From: Mycobacterium tuberculosis H37Rv
Lineage (GTDB): Bacteria > Actinomycetota > Actinomycetes > Mycobacteriales > Mycobacteriaceae
DNA: 32,000 bases
Direction of reading: 5' to 3'
NCBI RefSeq assembly: GCF_000195955.2
Contig: NC_000962.3
Span: forward strand, 3,090,001 to 3,122,000
Below the pieces are notes generated by a model, which saw nothing but the letters and a program-made list of their open reading frames with translations, was not told where the DNA came from and did no database searches. Positions 1 to 10,201 of the stretch are shown piece by piece (the first letter of the stretch is position 1; the number at the start of each line of letters is the position of its first letter). The translations under genes were made by a program, and so were the position numbers.

Positions 1-361
1 TGAGCACCACATCGGCGACCAGGTCGACGGCCAACGGCAAGTCGCTGCCGAGCACGTGGGCGTAGTAGCAGGTGTGCTCCTTGGCGGTGAATGCGTTCAG
101 TTCCCCGCCCACCGCGTCCATCGCCTGCGCAATGTCCACGGCAGAGCGGGTGGGCGTCGACTTGAACAGCAAATGCTCAAGGAAGTGCGCCGCCCCGGCC
201 ACCGTGGCGCCTTCGTCGCGCGATCCGACGCCGACCCACACCCCGACCGACGCGGAGTGCACCGCGGGCAGGAATTCGGTGACCACTCGCAGCCCGCCCG
301 GCAGGGTGGTGCGCCGCGGCGCCAGCGCCGCCGCGGGGTCAGCTGGTGACCGTCGCGGCAT
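1..361 (-). CDS. pepR: Zinc protease, M16 family (PepR-like), N-terminal part; continues beyond the left edge
   Basis: Reverse-strand reading from ATG at 361 gives [30 protein letters not shown]...[24 protein letters not shown], with the HxxEH inverted zinc motif of M16 peptidases. The start overlaps the gpsI 3' end. Confidence 0.9.
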   Translation of the reverse strand, partial: MPRRSPADPAAALAPRRTTLPGGLRVVTEFLPAVHSASVGVWVGVGSRDEGATVAGAAHFLEHLLFKSTPTRSAVDIAQAMDAVGGELNAFTAKEHTCYYAHVLGSDLPLAVDLVADVVL

Positions 362-2597
362 CGGTAGCGGCGGCGGTGCTGTCCTCGTCGGCGACCAGGA
401 TCAGGGAGATCTTGCCCCGTTTGTCGATGTCGGCGATCTCCACCCGCAGCTTGTCACCGACATTGACAACGTCCTCGACCTTCGCGATGCGCTTGCCCTT
501 GCCGAGTTTGGAAATGTGCACCAGACCGTCGCGGCCAGGCAGCAACGATACAAAGGCACCGAAATCGGTGGTCTTGACCACGGTTCCGAGGAACCGTTCG
601 CCCACCGTCGGCAGCTGCGGGTTGGCGATGGCGTTGATCTTGTCGATCGCGGCCTGTGCCGATGGCCCGTCGGTGGCGCCGACGAACACGGTGCCGTCGT
701 CTTCGATGGAGATCTGCGCGCCGGTCTCCTCGGTGATGGCGTTGATGACCTTGCCCTTGGGTCCGATGACCTCCCCGATCTTGTCCACCGGAACCTTGAT
801 GGTGGTCACCCGCGGGGCGTAGGGACTCATTTCGTCGGGTCTATCGATGGCCTCAGCCATCACCTCCAAGATCGTGAGGCGGGCGTCCTTGGCCTGCTCG
901 AGTGCTCCGGCAAGCACCTGCGAAGGGATCCCGTCGAGCTTGGTGTCCAGCTGCAGCGCGGTGACGAAGTCCTTGGTCCCGGCGACCTTGAAGTCCATGT
1001 CACCGAACGCGTCTTCGGCGCCGAGGATGTCGGTGAGGGTGACGAAGCGACGCTCCACAACGCCGTCGACCGCCCCTTCTACTTGAATGTCGTCGGAGAC
1101 CAGGCCCATCGCGATGCCGGCCACCGGCGCCTTGAGCGGCACCCCGGCGTTGAGCAGCGCCAGCGTCGACGCGCACACCGACCCCATCGAGGTCGACCCG
1201 TTGGAGCCCAGAGCCTCCGACACCTGGCGAATGGCATACGGGAATTCCTCGACGCTCGGCAACACCGGCACCAGGGCCCGCTCGGCCAGTGCGCCGTGCC
1301 CGATCTCACGCCGCTTGGGCGAACCGACCCGACCGGTCTCGCCGGTGGAGAACGGCGGGAAGTTGTAGTGGTGCATGTACCGCTTCGATGTCTCCGGCCC
1401 CAACGAGTCGATCTGCTGGGCCATCTTGATCATGTCGAGTGTGGTCACACCCAGGATCTGGGTTTCGCCGCGTTCGAACAGCGCGCTGCCGTGCGCGCGC
1501 GGAACCACGGCCACCTCGGCCGACAATGCGCGAATGTCGGTGATGCCGCGGCCGTCGATACGGAAATGGTCGGTGAGGATGCGCTGCCGAACCAGCTTTT
1601 TGGTCAGGGCACGCAACGCGGCGCCGACCTCCTTTTCGCGACCCTCGTAGGTGTCGGCGAGCCGCTGCACAACCTGGGTCTTGATTTCGTCGATGCGCTG
1701 GTCGCGCTCGGCTTTACCGCCGATGGTCAACGCGGCGGCCAACTCGTCGGTGGCCACCGAGGACACCGAGTAGTACACGTCTTCGCCGTAGTCAGGGAAC
1801 ACCGGGAAGTCGACGGTCGGTTTGCCCGACTTTCCAGCGGCATCGGCAAGCTCCTGCTGCGCGGTGCACAGCGCGGCGATAAACGGCTTGGCCGCCTCCA
1901 GGCCCGCGGCCACCACGCTTTCCGTCGGCGCTTGGGCACCACCTTCGACGAGCTCGACGACGTTTTCGGTGGCCTCGGCTTCGACCATCATGATGGCAAC
2001 ATCACCCTCGACGATCCGGCCGGCCACGACCATGTCGAACACGGCGCGCTCGATCTGGTCGACGGTGGGGAAGCCGACCCAGGTGCCGTCGATGAGCGCC
2101 ACCCGCACACCGCCGATGGGCCCGGAGAACGGCAGACCGCCCAGCTGGGTGGACGCCGACGCCGCGTTGATCGCCAATACGTCGTAGAGATCGCCCGGAT
2201 CCAGGCTGAGAATCGTCACCACGATTTGGATCTCGTTGCGCAGCCCGTCGACAAACGACGGGCGCAGCGGGCGGTCGATGAGCCGGCAGGTCAGGATCGC
2301 GTCGGTGGAGGGTCGGCCCTCGCGACGGAAGAACGAACCGGGGATGCGGCCGGCCGCATACATGCGCTCCTCGACGTCGACCGTGAGGGGGAAGAAGTCG
2401 AAGTGTTCTTTGGGGTTCTTGCTGGCGGTGGTCGCCGACAGCAGCATGTTGTCGTCGTCGAGGTAGGCGACCACCGCGCCGGCGGCCTGCAAGGCCAATC
2501 GGCCGGTCTCGAAGCGGATGGTCCGGGTGCCAAAGCTCCCGTTGTCGATGGTGGCGGTCGTCTCGAACACGCCTTCGTCAATTTCAGCGGCAGACAT
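339..2597 (-). CDS. gpsI: Polyribonucleotide nucleotidyltransferase (PNPase/guanosine pentaphosphate synthetase), 752 aa
   Basis: The ORF at 339-2834 extends past the likely start; the ATG at 2597 gives [36 protein letters not shown]-terminal KH ([31 protein letters not shown]) and S1 ([28 protein letters not shown]) domains. Confidence 0.97.
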   Translation of the reverse strand: MSAAEIDEGVFETTATIDNGSFGTRTIRFETGRLALQAAGAVVAYLDDDNMLLSATTASKNPKEHFDFFPLTVDVEERMYAAGRIPGSFFRREGRPSTDAILTCRLIDRPLRPSFVDGLRNEIQIVVTILSLDPGDLYDVLAINAASASTQLGGLPFSGPIGGVRVALIDGTWVGFPTVDQIERAVFDMVVAGRIVEGDVAIMMVEAEATENVVELVEGGAQAPTESVVAAGLEAAKPFIAALCTAQQELADAAGKSGKPTVDFPVFPDYGEDVYYSVSSVATDELAAALTIGGKAERDQRIDEIKTQVVQRLADTYEGREKEVGAALRALTKKLVRQRILTDHFRIDGRGITDIRALSAEVAVVPRAHGSALFERGETQILGVTTLDMIKMAQQIDSLGPETSKRYMHHYNFPPFSTGETGRVGSPKRREIGHGALAERALVPVLPSVEEFPYAIRQVSEALGSNGSTSMGSVCASTLALLNAGVPLKAPVAGIAMGLVSDDIQVEGAVDGVVERRFVTLTDILGAEDAFGDMDFKVAGTKDFVTALQLDTKLDGIPSQVLAGALEQAKDARLTILEVMAEAIDRPDEMSPYAPRVTTIKVPVDKIGEVIGPKGKVINAITEETGAQISIEDDGTVFVGATDGPSAQAAIDKINAIANPQLPTVGERFLGTVVKTTDFGAFVSLLPGRDGLVHISKLGKGKRIAKVEDVVNVGDKLRVEIADIDKRGKISLILVADEDSTAAATDAATVTS

Positions 2598-2950
2598 GAC
2601 GTCCGTGCGGCCTCTCTGGATTATTGAGCTGTTTCGCGTCGTCACGCGCAATCCAGCGGGTTCGCCGAACCCCGAGAGCTTCCCAGGAGAAAAGGTCTGA
2701 ATGCGGCTACGGCCATCGATCGAAGCGGCCGACCTGCCCCAGATCCGGAGAGCCCGGCAGCCACTACCGAGGACCGCCCGATACAGGCCGGGGGTGCTCC
2801 CTTGGATATGCATAGTGACTCGCTGGAACGGCACACGCGGTTCTGCGCGTACCGCACCATTTGCTGGGCCGAACCGGCCCAGAACGTTCTCACTCTACAC
2901 GGGCGACCGGCGGCATTTGCGTAGAACTCGCTTTGCCGAGCTACCCCGCC

Positions 2951-3466
2951 TCAGCTCCGCGGGCCGCCGGTGACATCCTCGACGCACACCGCGAACCGTC
3001 GCTGAGTGTAGACGTAGCCCACGCCGCTGGCGCACTGGTCGACGCTGACGGGAGAGTCGAGGTCTTTCAGGATCTGGGTGGCCCGCTGCCGGTGCGGCAC
3101 CGAGGCGTCGTCGCAGTCCACCCGGAACGGGTCGGTGTTGTGGGTAGGGTCGACGCTCATACAACCGCCAATCACCCAATCGATGTCCAGGCAAATGGTG
3201 TTGGTTGAGCCGTTGAACGCATTGCGCATCGAATAGGTGGAGTCGACGTCCGCCGGGCATTCCGCGTGGTCCTCCTGCACGACGGCAACGACCTTGAAGT
3301 TGGACGCCGGGCTCCCGCACTCCGCCTTAGTGGCCTGCGGCCGGTCGGGCGTGCCGGCGAGTTTGACGCAGTCCCCCACCTTGAGTTCGGCGACGTTGGT
3401 CGCTGACGAACACCCCGTCGCCACGACGAACAAGGCCGTGGTCGCGGCCGCGAGCCAGGCGCGCAT
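2951..3466 (-). CDS. lppU: Probable lipoprotein LppU, 171 aa
   Basis: Signal peptide and lipobox (ALFVVATGCSSATNVAELKVGDCVKLAG); position between gpsI and rpsO. Confidence 0.85.
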   Translation of the reverse strand: MRAWLAAATTALFVVATGCSSATNVAELKVGDCVKLAGTPDRPQATKAECGSPASNFKVVAVVQEDHAECPADVDSTYSMRNAFNGSTNTICLDIDWVIGGCMSVDPTHNTDPFRVDCDDASVPHRQRATQILKDLDSPVSVDQCASGVGYVYTQRRFAVCVEDVTGGPRS

Positions 3467-3478
3467 CGACGCCGCGGG

Positions 3479-3748
3479 TCAGCGACGCAGGCCCAGCCGC
3501 TCGATGAGTGAACGATAACGCTCCACATCGATCTGGGAAATGTACTTGATCAGCCGGCGCCGCCGGCCCACCAGCAACAGCAGTCCTCGCCGCGAATGAT
3601 GGTCGTGCTTGTGCACCTTGAGATGCTCGGTGAGGTCGGCGATGCGTTTGGTCAGCAACGCGATCTGTGCTTCCGGGGATCCGGTATCGGTCTCATGCAG
3701 GCCGTAGGAGCGCAGAATCTCCTTTTTTTGCTCGGCTGTCAGCGCCAC
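3479..3748 (-). CDS. rpsO: 30S ribosomal protein S15, 89 aa
   Basis: [70 protein letters not shown] is canonical S15. Confidence 0.98.
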
Positions 3749-3904
3749 GAAATGTCTCCATCAATGGGTTCGCGATCATGGATATCAGGGCACGGCCACC
3801 GCGAACCGCAGCACGCACCGATGTCGTTGGACAGTCTAGCAGCGGGTTGACCGCCAAACACAAACGCCGCAGGTGCCAGCCGGGGGTCACGACCGCAAGA
3901 ACCG

Positions 3905-4900
3905 TCAACCCGTAGACAACAGGTCACGTGCCCGCTCGGTATCGGCACCCATCGCAGCGACCAGCTGGCGCACCGATTCGAACTTCTTCTGGCCGCGGAT
4001 ACGCCCGACGAAGTCCAAGGCCACATGTTGACCGTAGAGGTCAGCGGTGGTGTCCAGCACGAACGCTTCGACGGTGCGGGTGCGTCCGGAGAAGGTGGGA
4101 TTGGTCCCGACCGACACCGCGGCCTGGTAGCGCTCACCCGGGACGACCGTGCCGGTCACCGGCCCATGCCCGAGCACCGTGAACCAAGCGGCGTACACGC
4201 CGTCGGCCGGAATCGCCGAATACATCGGCGGCGCCACGTTCGCGGTGGGAAAGCCCAGCTCCGCGCCCCGCCCCTCACCGCGTACCACAACCCCCTCCAC
4301 GCGGTGCGGTCGGCCCAGAGCTTCCATGGCCGCCACCATGTCGCCGGCGTCCACGCAGGACCGGATGTAGGTGGAGGAGAACGTCACGGTCTCGTTGCTG
4401 TGGTGCTCGGACACCAACGACATCGATTCCACCGCGAACCCGAACCGCTCGCCAGCCCGACGCAGCGTGTCGACATTGCCGGCGGCCTTTTTGCCGAAGG
4501 TGAAGTTCTCGCCGACGACGACCTCCACCACATGTAGGTGCTCGACGAGCAGCTCATGGATGAAGCGATCCGGCGTGAGCTTCATGAAATCGGTGGTGAA
4601 CGGCATCACCAGGAACACTTCGATGCCCAAGTCTTGAACGAGCTCCGCGCGTCGGGTCAGGGTGGTCAGCTGCGCCGGGTGACTGCCTGGATAGACCACC
4701 TCCATCGGGTGCGGGTCGAACGTCATCAGCACGGCCGGTACACCGCGAGCGCGGCCGGCCTTGACCGCGTGCGCGATCAGTTCGGCGTGCCCGCGGTGCA
4801 CGCCGTCAAATACCCCGATGGTGAGCACGCATCTGCCCCAATCCGTCGGGATCTCGTCCTGGCCACGCCAGCGCTGCACGATCGCAAGCCTACGGCGCAC
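3905..4900 (-). CDS. ribF: Bifunctional riboflavin kinase / FAD synthetase
   Basis: GVFDGVHRGHAELI, LMTFDPHPMEV, VGENFTFGKKAAG, GELGFPTANV-type motifs. The ORF runs to 5083; GTG at 4900 (331 aa) or GTG at 4879 are likelier starts. Confidence 0.93.
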   Translation of the reverse strand: MRRRLAIVQRWRGQDEIPTDWGRCVLTIGVFDGVHRGHAELIAHAVKAGRARGVPAVLMTFDPHPMEVVYPGSHPAQLTTLTRRAELVQDLGIEVFLVMPFTTDFMKLTPDRFIHELLVEHLHVVEVVVGENFTFGKKAAGNVDTLRRAGERFGFAVESMSLVSEHHSNETVTFSSTYIRSCVDAGDMVAAMEALGRPHRVEGVVVRGEGRGAELGFPTANVAPPMYSAIPADGVYAAWFTVLGHGPVTGTVVPGERYQAAVSVGTNPTFSGRTRTVEAFVLDTTADLYGQHVALDFVGRIRGQKKFESVRQLVAAMGADTERARDLLSTG

Positions 4901-5101
4901 GGTGGTCGGCCAGGCGCCAGATTCACCGGTGGGCTCTGGCCAGCGGCCGATCCGGGAACACCATGCACGCGGCCGCCGGACACCTGGCGCAGCACGTCCG
5001 GGAACGCCGGCGGCACCGTGGCCGGTCCCAGAGAATTGGCGCGCGCATACCGAACGATTGGTCTCAAGCTTTACGCCGACCATTGATCAGGTGATCAGGG
5101 A

Positions 5102-6874
5102 GTGGGTCTGATGAGTACGTTTAGAGAATGCCGCAGCATGTTCGATGCCGCGGTGAAGAGCTACCAGTCCGGAGACCTGGCCAATGCCCGAGCGGCCTTT
5201 GGCCGCCTCACAGTCGAAAACCCGGACATGTCCGATGGCTGGTTGGGGCTTCTGGCCTGCGGCGACCATCATCTTGATACCTTGGCCGGTGCCCATCAAC
5301 ACTCCGAAGCACTGTACAGCGAAACCCGCCGCGTCGGCCTCACGGACGGCGAATTGTCCGCCGTGGTCATGGCCCCGATGTATCTGGGGTTGCGGGTGTG
5401 GTCGCGCGCCACGATCGGGCTCGCGTACGCCAGCGCTCTAATCATCGCCGACCGCCACGATGAAGCGGCAGCAACGCTGGACGACCCGGTCATCACGGAG
5501 GACACCGGCGCCGCCCAATACCGCCAGTTCGTCATGGCGACGCTGTTCCACAAAACTCGCTCCTGGTCCAACCTTTTGAAGGTCACCGAAATTTCTCCGC
5601 CGAGCGGGGCCACCGATGTCCGTGACGAGGTGGCTGACGCGGTGGCCGCGCTGGCCTCGACCGCTGCGGCGAGTCTGGGCCAATTCCAGTTCGCGTTGGA
5701 GCTCGCTGAGCAAGTCTCGACAACCAATCCGCGGGTGACTGCCGATGTGACCCTCACTAGGGCGTGGTGCCTGCGCGAACTGGGTGACGACGACGCCGCC
5801 AGAGTGGCACTTAGCGCCACGACCACCGGTGATGCCCCCAGGACAAACACCACCGCGGAACAGGCTGGTAGCCCCCAACCGAAGTTTCGACATCCTTACG
5901 ACGACGGCCGGGATCTCCTGGTGGCTCGCCGCCGCCCGCCGGCCGGGGACGGTTGGCGCAAAGCGGTAACCAAAATGACTTTCGGGCGGGTGAATCCCGA
6001 ACCGAGCGCCAAGCGCGAGCAAACCGACGAGCTGATTCAGCGTATCTGCGCTCCACTGGCCGATGTCCATAAGTTGGCGTTCGTCTCTGCCAAGGGCGGC
6101 GTAGGTAAGACCACGATGACGGTGCTGGTGGGCAACGCCGTCGCCCGGCTGCGCGGCGATCGGGTGATGGCTGTGGACGTCGATGCCGACCTGGGCGACC
6201 TGTCAGCAAGGTTCAGTGAGCGCGGTGGCCCGCAGACCAACATCGAGCATTTCGTGTCATCGCAGCACACCAAGCGCTACGCGGACGTGCGTGTGCACAC
6301 GGTGATGAACAAAGACCGGCTGGAAATGCTTGGTGCCCAGAATGATCCGCGATCGACATACAAGTTTGGCCCGGAGGACTATGGGGCCGCCATGCAGATC
6401 CTGGAAACCCACTGCAACGTCATACTGCTTGATTGCGGCACACCGGTCAACGGGCCATTGTTCAGCAATATCCTCAACGACGTCACTGGTCTGGTTGTGG
6501 TGGCATCCGAAGACGTGCGCGGTGTCGAGGGAGCGTTGGTCACTCTGGACTGGCTGGGGGCGCATGGCTTTGGCCGGTTGCTTCAGCACACTGTGGTTGT
6601 TCTCAACGCAATCCAGAAAACCCGGTCACTTGTGGATTGCGGGGCCGCCGAAAACCAGTTCAGGAAGCGCGTTCCGGATTTCTTTCGGATTCCCTACGAC
6701 CCGCATCTGGCCACGGGTTTGGCGGTCGATTTCAGCTCTCTCAAGCGAAGGACACGCAACGCCGTGCTGGATTTGGCCGGCGGCCTGGCACAGCACTATC
6801 CGGCTAGCCGAGTACGGCCCCGTGGCGAGGACAGTTGGAAAACCTGGATCGAAACGATGCGTCAGGTCGGATGA
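5102..6874 (+). CDS. N-terminal TPR-like (EccA-type) region plus C-terminal ParA/MinD-like ATPase, about 590 aa (Rv2787-like)
   Basis: Deviant Walker A LAFVSAKGGVGKTTMTVLVGNAVARL followed by AVDVDADLGDLSARF; helical repeat-rich N-terminus MFDAAVKSYQSGDLANARAAFGRLTVENPDMSDGWLGL. Confidence 0.8.
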   Translation: MGLMSTFRECRSMFDAAVKSYQSGDLANARAAFGRLTVENPDMSDGWLGLLACGDHHLDTLAGAHQHSEALYSETRRVGLTDGELSAVVMAPMYLGLRVWSRATIGLAYASALIIADRHDEAAATLDDPVITEDTGAAQYRQFVMATLFHKTRSWSNLLKVTEISPPSGATDVRDEVADAVAALASTAAASLGQFQFALELAEQVSTTNPRVTADVTLTRAWCLRELGDDDAARVALSATTTGDAPRTNTTAEQAGSPQPKFRHPYDDGRDLLVARRRPPAGDGWRKAVTKMTFGRVNPEPSAKREQTDELIQRICAPLADVHKLAFVSAKGGVGKTTMTVLVGNAVARLRGDRVMAVDVDADLGDLSARFSERGGPQTNIEHFVSSQHTKRYADVRVHTVMNKDRLEMLGAQNDPRSTYKFGPEDYGAAMQILETHCNVILLDCGTPVNGPLFSNILNDVTGLVVVASEDVRGVEGALVTLDWLGAHGFGRLLQHTVVVLNAIQKTRSLVDCGAAENQFRKRVPDFFRIPYDPHLATGLAVDFSSLKRRTRNAVLDLAGGLAQHYPASRVRPRGEDSWKTWIETMRQVG

Positions 6875-6958
6875 CGGTTTGGTCGAGACCGAGTTGGCGG
6901 CCATTTCCCCGACTGCGCACCGAGCGCGCCGTCACGCCGGTATCTAGACTCTCTGGTT

Positions 6959-7645
6959 GTGAGGGCTGACGAGGAGCCTGGCGATCTTAGCGCGGTTGCG
7001 CAGGACTATCTGAAGGTCATCTGGACCGCCCAGGAGTGGTCGCAGGACAAGGTCAGCACCAAGATGCTGGCCGAGAGGATCGGGGTGTCGGCCAGCACGG
7101 CCTCGGAGTCCATTCGCAAGCTCGCCGAGCAGGGCTTGGTCGACCACGAGAAGTACGGCGCGGTGACGTTGACCGATTCGGGGCGACGAGCCGCGCTGGC
7201 AATGGTGCGCCGGCACCGGCTACTGGAGACATTCCTGGTCAACGAGCTCGGCTACCGCTGGGACGAGGTGCACGACGAGGCCGAGGTGCTCGAGCACGCG
7301 GTCTCGGATCGCTTGATGGCCCGCATCGACGCCAAGCTGGGGTTCCCGCAGCGCGATCCGCACGGTGACCCGATCCCGGGCGCCGACGGGCAAGTGCCCA
7401 CGCCACCGGCTCGTCAGCTGTGGGCGTGCCGCGACGGCGACACAGGGACGGTGGCCCGTATCTCCGATGCCGACCCGCAGATGCTGCGATACTTTGCCAG
7501 CATCGGGATCAGCCTGGACTCGCGGCTGCGGGTGCTGGCTCGGCGCGAGTTCGCCGGCATGATCTCGGTGGCAATCGACTCGGCCGACGGCGCCACCGTC
7601 GACTTGGGGAGCCCGGCCGCCCAGGCAATCTGGGTGGTGAGCTGA
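6959..7645 (+). CDS. sirR: DtxR/MntR-family metal-dependent transcriptional repressor
   Basis: AQDYLKVIWTAQEWSQDKVSTKMLAERIGVSASTASESIRKLAEQGLVDHEKYGAVTLTDSGRRAAL is a DtxR-family winged helix; C-terminal FeoA-like domain. Confidence 0.92.
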   Translation: MRADEEPGDLSAVAQDYLKVIWTAQEWSQDKVSTKMLAERIGVSASTASESIRKLAEQGLVDHEKYGAVTLTDSGRRAALAMVRRHRLLETFLVNELGYRWDEVHDEAEVLEHAVSDRLMARIDAKLGFPQRDPHGDPIPGADGQVPTPPARQLWACRDGDTGTVARISDADPQMLRYFASIGISLDSRLRVLARREFAGMISVAIDSADGATVDLGSPAAQAIWVVS

Positions 7646-7656
7646 CGGCTTTGGCC

Positions 7657-7716
7657 CGCGAGCGTAACGTGGCTGCGATTTTCGGCACGGATTTTCGCAG
7701 TCCGGTTACGCTCGCG
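7657..7716. terminator. Putative bidirectional intrinsic terminator between convergent sirR and fadE21
   Basis: CGCGAGCGTAAC (7657-7668) pairs perfectly with GTTACGCTCGCG (7705-7716), plus inner CTGCGA/TCGCAG pairing. It lies at the convergent junction and overlaps the last fadE21 codons. Confidence 0.6.
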
Positions 7717-8938
7717 AAGCCGGTTCGCCCAGCAGGCCCTTGGCGATGTGGGTTACCTGGACCTCGTTGCTGCCGGCGTAGATCATCAGCGACTTGGCAT
7801 CGCGAGCCAGCTGCTCCACCCGATATTCGGCCATGTAGCCGTTGCCGCCGAACAGCTGGACGGCCTCCATCGCGACATCGGTGGCGGCCTCCGAGGAATA
7901 CAGCTTGATCGCCGAGGCCTCGGCCAGCGTCAGCTGTTTGCCGGCTTTGAGCCGCTCGATGGCCTGAAATACCATGTTCTGCACGTTGATCCGCGCAACT
8001 TCCATTTTCGCCAACTTCAACTGGATCAGTTGGAACTGCCCGATGTTACGGCCCCACAGCGTGCGGGTCTTTGCGTAATCCACACACAGCCGGTGGCATT
8101 CGTTGATGATGCCCAACGACATGAGCGCCACGCCGAGGCGTTCGACGGCGAAATTGGCGCGGGCGCTGTCGCGGCCGTCCCCCTCGGCGCAAAGCAGGCG
8201 ATCCGGGGTCAGCCGCACGTTGTCGAAGAACAACTCGCCGGTCGGCGAAGACATCATGCCCATCTTCTTGAACGGCTTGCCCTGCGTCAGGCCCGGCATG
8301 CCGGCATCGAGCACAAAGACCAGCACCGGGCGGTTACGCCAATCTGAGGCGGGCTCACCGTCGGCGAGCTTGGCGTAGACCACCAGGACATCAGCGTACG
8401 GCCCGTTGGTGATGAAGGTCTTGTGCCCGTTGAGGATGTAGTCTTCACCGTCGCGGGTCACGTGAGTCTTCATGCCGCCGAACGCATCCGAGCCGGAGTC
8501 TGGCTCGGTAATGGCCCAGGCCGCGATCTTTTCCAGCGTCACCAGCGTGGGCACCCAGCGCTCCTGTTGGGCCAGGGTGCCGCGGCTCATGATCGTCGCC
8601 GCGCCCAACCCGAGGCTGACGGCCACCGTGCTCAGCAATCCGATGCTGACCCCGGCCAGTTCGGACACCAGCACCGCGACCATCGAAGCCTGGTCAGCCA
8701 GCCCGAAACTGCCTGAGCTGTCCCGCTTTTCCCGCTTAGCCCGCTCCCCATCCAGCATCTGGTTGACCGACTCGGCAAGCAGCACGTCCAGACCGAACTG
8801 GCTGAACAGCTTGCGCGCGATCGGATACGGCGACAGTTCACCGGTTTCCAATGCGTCTTGGTGCGGGCGGATCTCCTTGTCGATGAACTGGCGAACGGCG
8901 TCGCGCACCATTAGATCGGTGTCGGACCACTCGAACAT
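7706..8938 (-). CDS. fadE21: Acyl-CoA dehydrogenase, 410 aa
   Basis: AITEPDSGSDAFGGMKTHVTRDGEDYILNGHKTFITNGPYADVL...YGGNGYMAEYRVEQLARDAKSLMIYAGSNEVQ is typical of the family. Confidence 0.92.
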   Translation of the reverse strand: MFEWSDTDLMVRDAVRQFIDKEIRPHQDALETGELSPYPIARKLFSQFGLDVLLAESVNQMLDGERAKREKRDSSGSFGLADQASMVAVLVSELAGVSIGLLSTVAVSLGLGAATIMSRGTLAQQERWVPTLVTLEKIAAWAITEPDSGSDAFGGMKTHVTRDGEDYILNGHKTFITNGPYADVLVVYAKLADGEPASDWRNRPVLVFVLDAGMPGLTQGKPFKKMGMMSSPTGELFFDNVRLTPDRLLCAEGDGRDSARANFAVERLGVALMSLGIINECHRLCVDYAKTRTLWGRNIGQFQLIQLKLAKMEVARINVQNMVFQAIERLKAGKQLTLAEASAIKLYSSEAATDVAMEAVQLFGGNGYMAEYRVEQLARDAKSLMIYAGSNEVQVTHIAKGLLGEPASRA

Positions 8939-8963
8939 GGCGTGCTCCCTCCGATCGCGTGGC

Positions 8964-10169
8964 TCAACGTTCGGCCCGTTGGTATGCGGTGACCACGGCG
9001 GCGCCGCCCAGCCCGATGTTGTGTTGCAGCGCGGCGGTCACGTTGTCGACCTGGCGCGCCTCGGCGGTGCCGCGCAGCTGCCAGGTCAGCTCCGCGCACT
9101 GCGCCAACCCCGTCGCACCCAGCGGATGGCCCTTGGAGATCAGCCCACCGGATGGGTTGACGACCCAGCGTCCGCCGTAGGTGGTCTGGTTGTCGTCGAT
9201 CAGCTCGGGCGCCTCGCCCGGCCCGCACAGGCCGAGCGCCTCGTAGAGCAGTAGCTCGTTGGCTGAGAAGCAGTCGTGCAGCTCGATCACTCCGAAGTCC
9301 TTCGGGCCGAGTCCGGATTGCTGGTAAACCCGTTGTGCCGCTTGCACAGTCATGTCGTAGCCGATGATATTGCGGGCACTGCCATCAAAGGTGGAAGCGA
9401 AGTCGGTGGTCATCGCCTGCCCGACGATTTCCACAGCCCGCCCGGCAAGGTTGTGGTTGGCCAGGTAATCCTCACTGGCCAGCACCACCGCCGCCGACCC
9501 GTCGGAGGTGGGAGAGCACTGCAATTTGGTCAGCGGGTCGGAAATCATCTTTGAGGCCAAGATGTCGTCCAGGGTGTATTCGTCCTGAAACTGTGCATAC
9601 GGGTTGTTGACCGAGTGCTTGTGGTTCTTGTAGCCGATCTTCGCGAAATGCTCCGCGGTGGTGCCGTATTTCTTCATGTGTTCGCGGCCGGCCGCCCCGA
9701 ACATCCACGGCGCCACCGGAAAGCCGAACTCGTCGATCTCGGCTAACGCCTTGACGTGCCTGCCCAGCGGCGACTCCCGGTCGTCGGCGCCACCGCCCAG
9801 CGCTCCGGGCTGCATCTTCTCGAAGCCCAGCGCCAACACGCAATCGGCCAGTCCGCCGCGGATGGCCTGCGCGCCGAGGTAGAGCGCCGTGGATCCGGTC
9901 GAGCAGTTGTTGTTGACGTTGACGATGGGGATACCCGTCATGCCGAGTTCGTAGAGCGCCCGCTGACCCGACGTCGATTCTCCGTAGACGTAGCCGACGT
10001 AGCCCTGTTCAACTTCGCGGTAGTCGATGCCGGCGTCGCGCAGCGCTTTGGTGCCCGACTCCCTGGCCATGTCCGGGTAGTCCCAGCCTTCGCGTCGCCC
10101 GGGCTTTTCGAACTTCGTCATGCCCACGCCAATGACGTAAACCTTGTTCGACGACCCTTGGTTAGGCAT
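8964..10169 (-). CDS. ltp1: Lipid-transfer protein / SCP-X-type thiolase, 401 aa
   Basis: [30 protein letters not shown]...[15 protein letters not shown]...[20 protein letters not shown]. The internal ATG at 10169 gives [14 protein letters not shown]. Confidence 0.92.
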   Translation of the reverse strand: MPNQGSSNKVYVIGVGMTKFEKPGRREGWDYPDMARESGTKALRDAGIDYREVEQGYVGYVYGESTSGQRALYELGMTGIPIVNVNNNCSTGSTALYLGAQAIRGGLADCVLALGFEKMQPGALGGGADDRESPLGRHVKALAEIDEFGFPVAPWMFGAAGREHMKKYGTTAEHFAKIGYKNHKHSVNNPYAQFQDEYTLDDILASKMISDPLTKLQCSPTSDGSAAVVLASEDYLANHNLAGRAVEIVGQAMTTDFASTFDGSARNIIGYDMTVQAAQRVYQQSGLGPKDFGVIELHDCFSANELLLYEALGLCGPGEAPELIDDNQTTYGGRWVVNPSGGLISKGHPLGATGLAQCAELTWQLRGTAEARQVDNVTAALQHNIGLGGAAVVTAYQRAER

Positions 10170-10201
10170 CGTTGCCGTTGCAAGTGAGTGATCTTTAGTG
10201 G

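Noticed and set aside
56-349. 97-aa plus-strand ORF at the left edge
   Set aside because: Antisense to the pepR N-terminus, which carries the HFLEH zinc motif on the minus strand.
72-2627. 851-aa plus-strand ORF covering gpsI
   Set aside because: Antisense to the clearly conserved gpsI. It is a high-GC mirror ORF rich in Arg/His/Gly/Asp with no recognisable domain.
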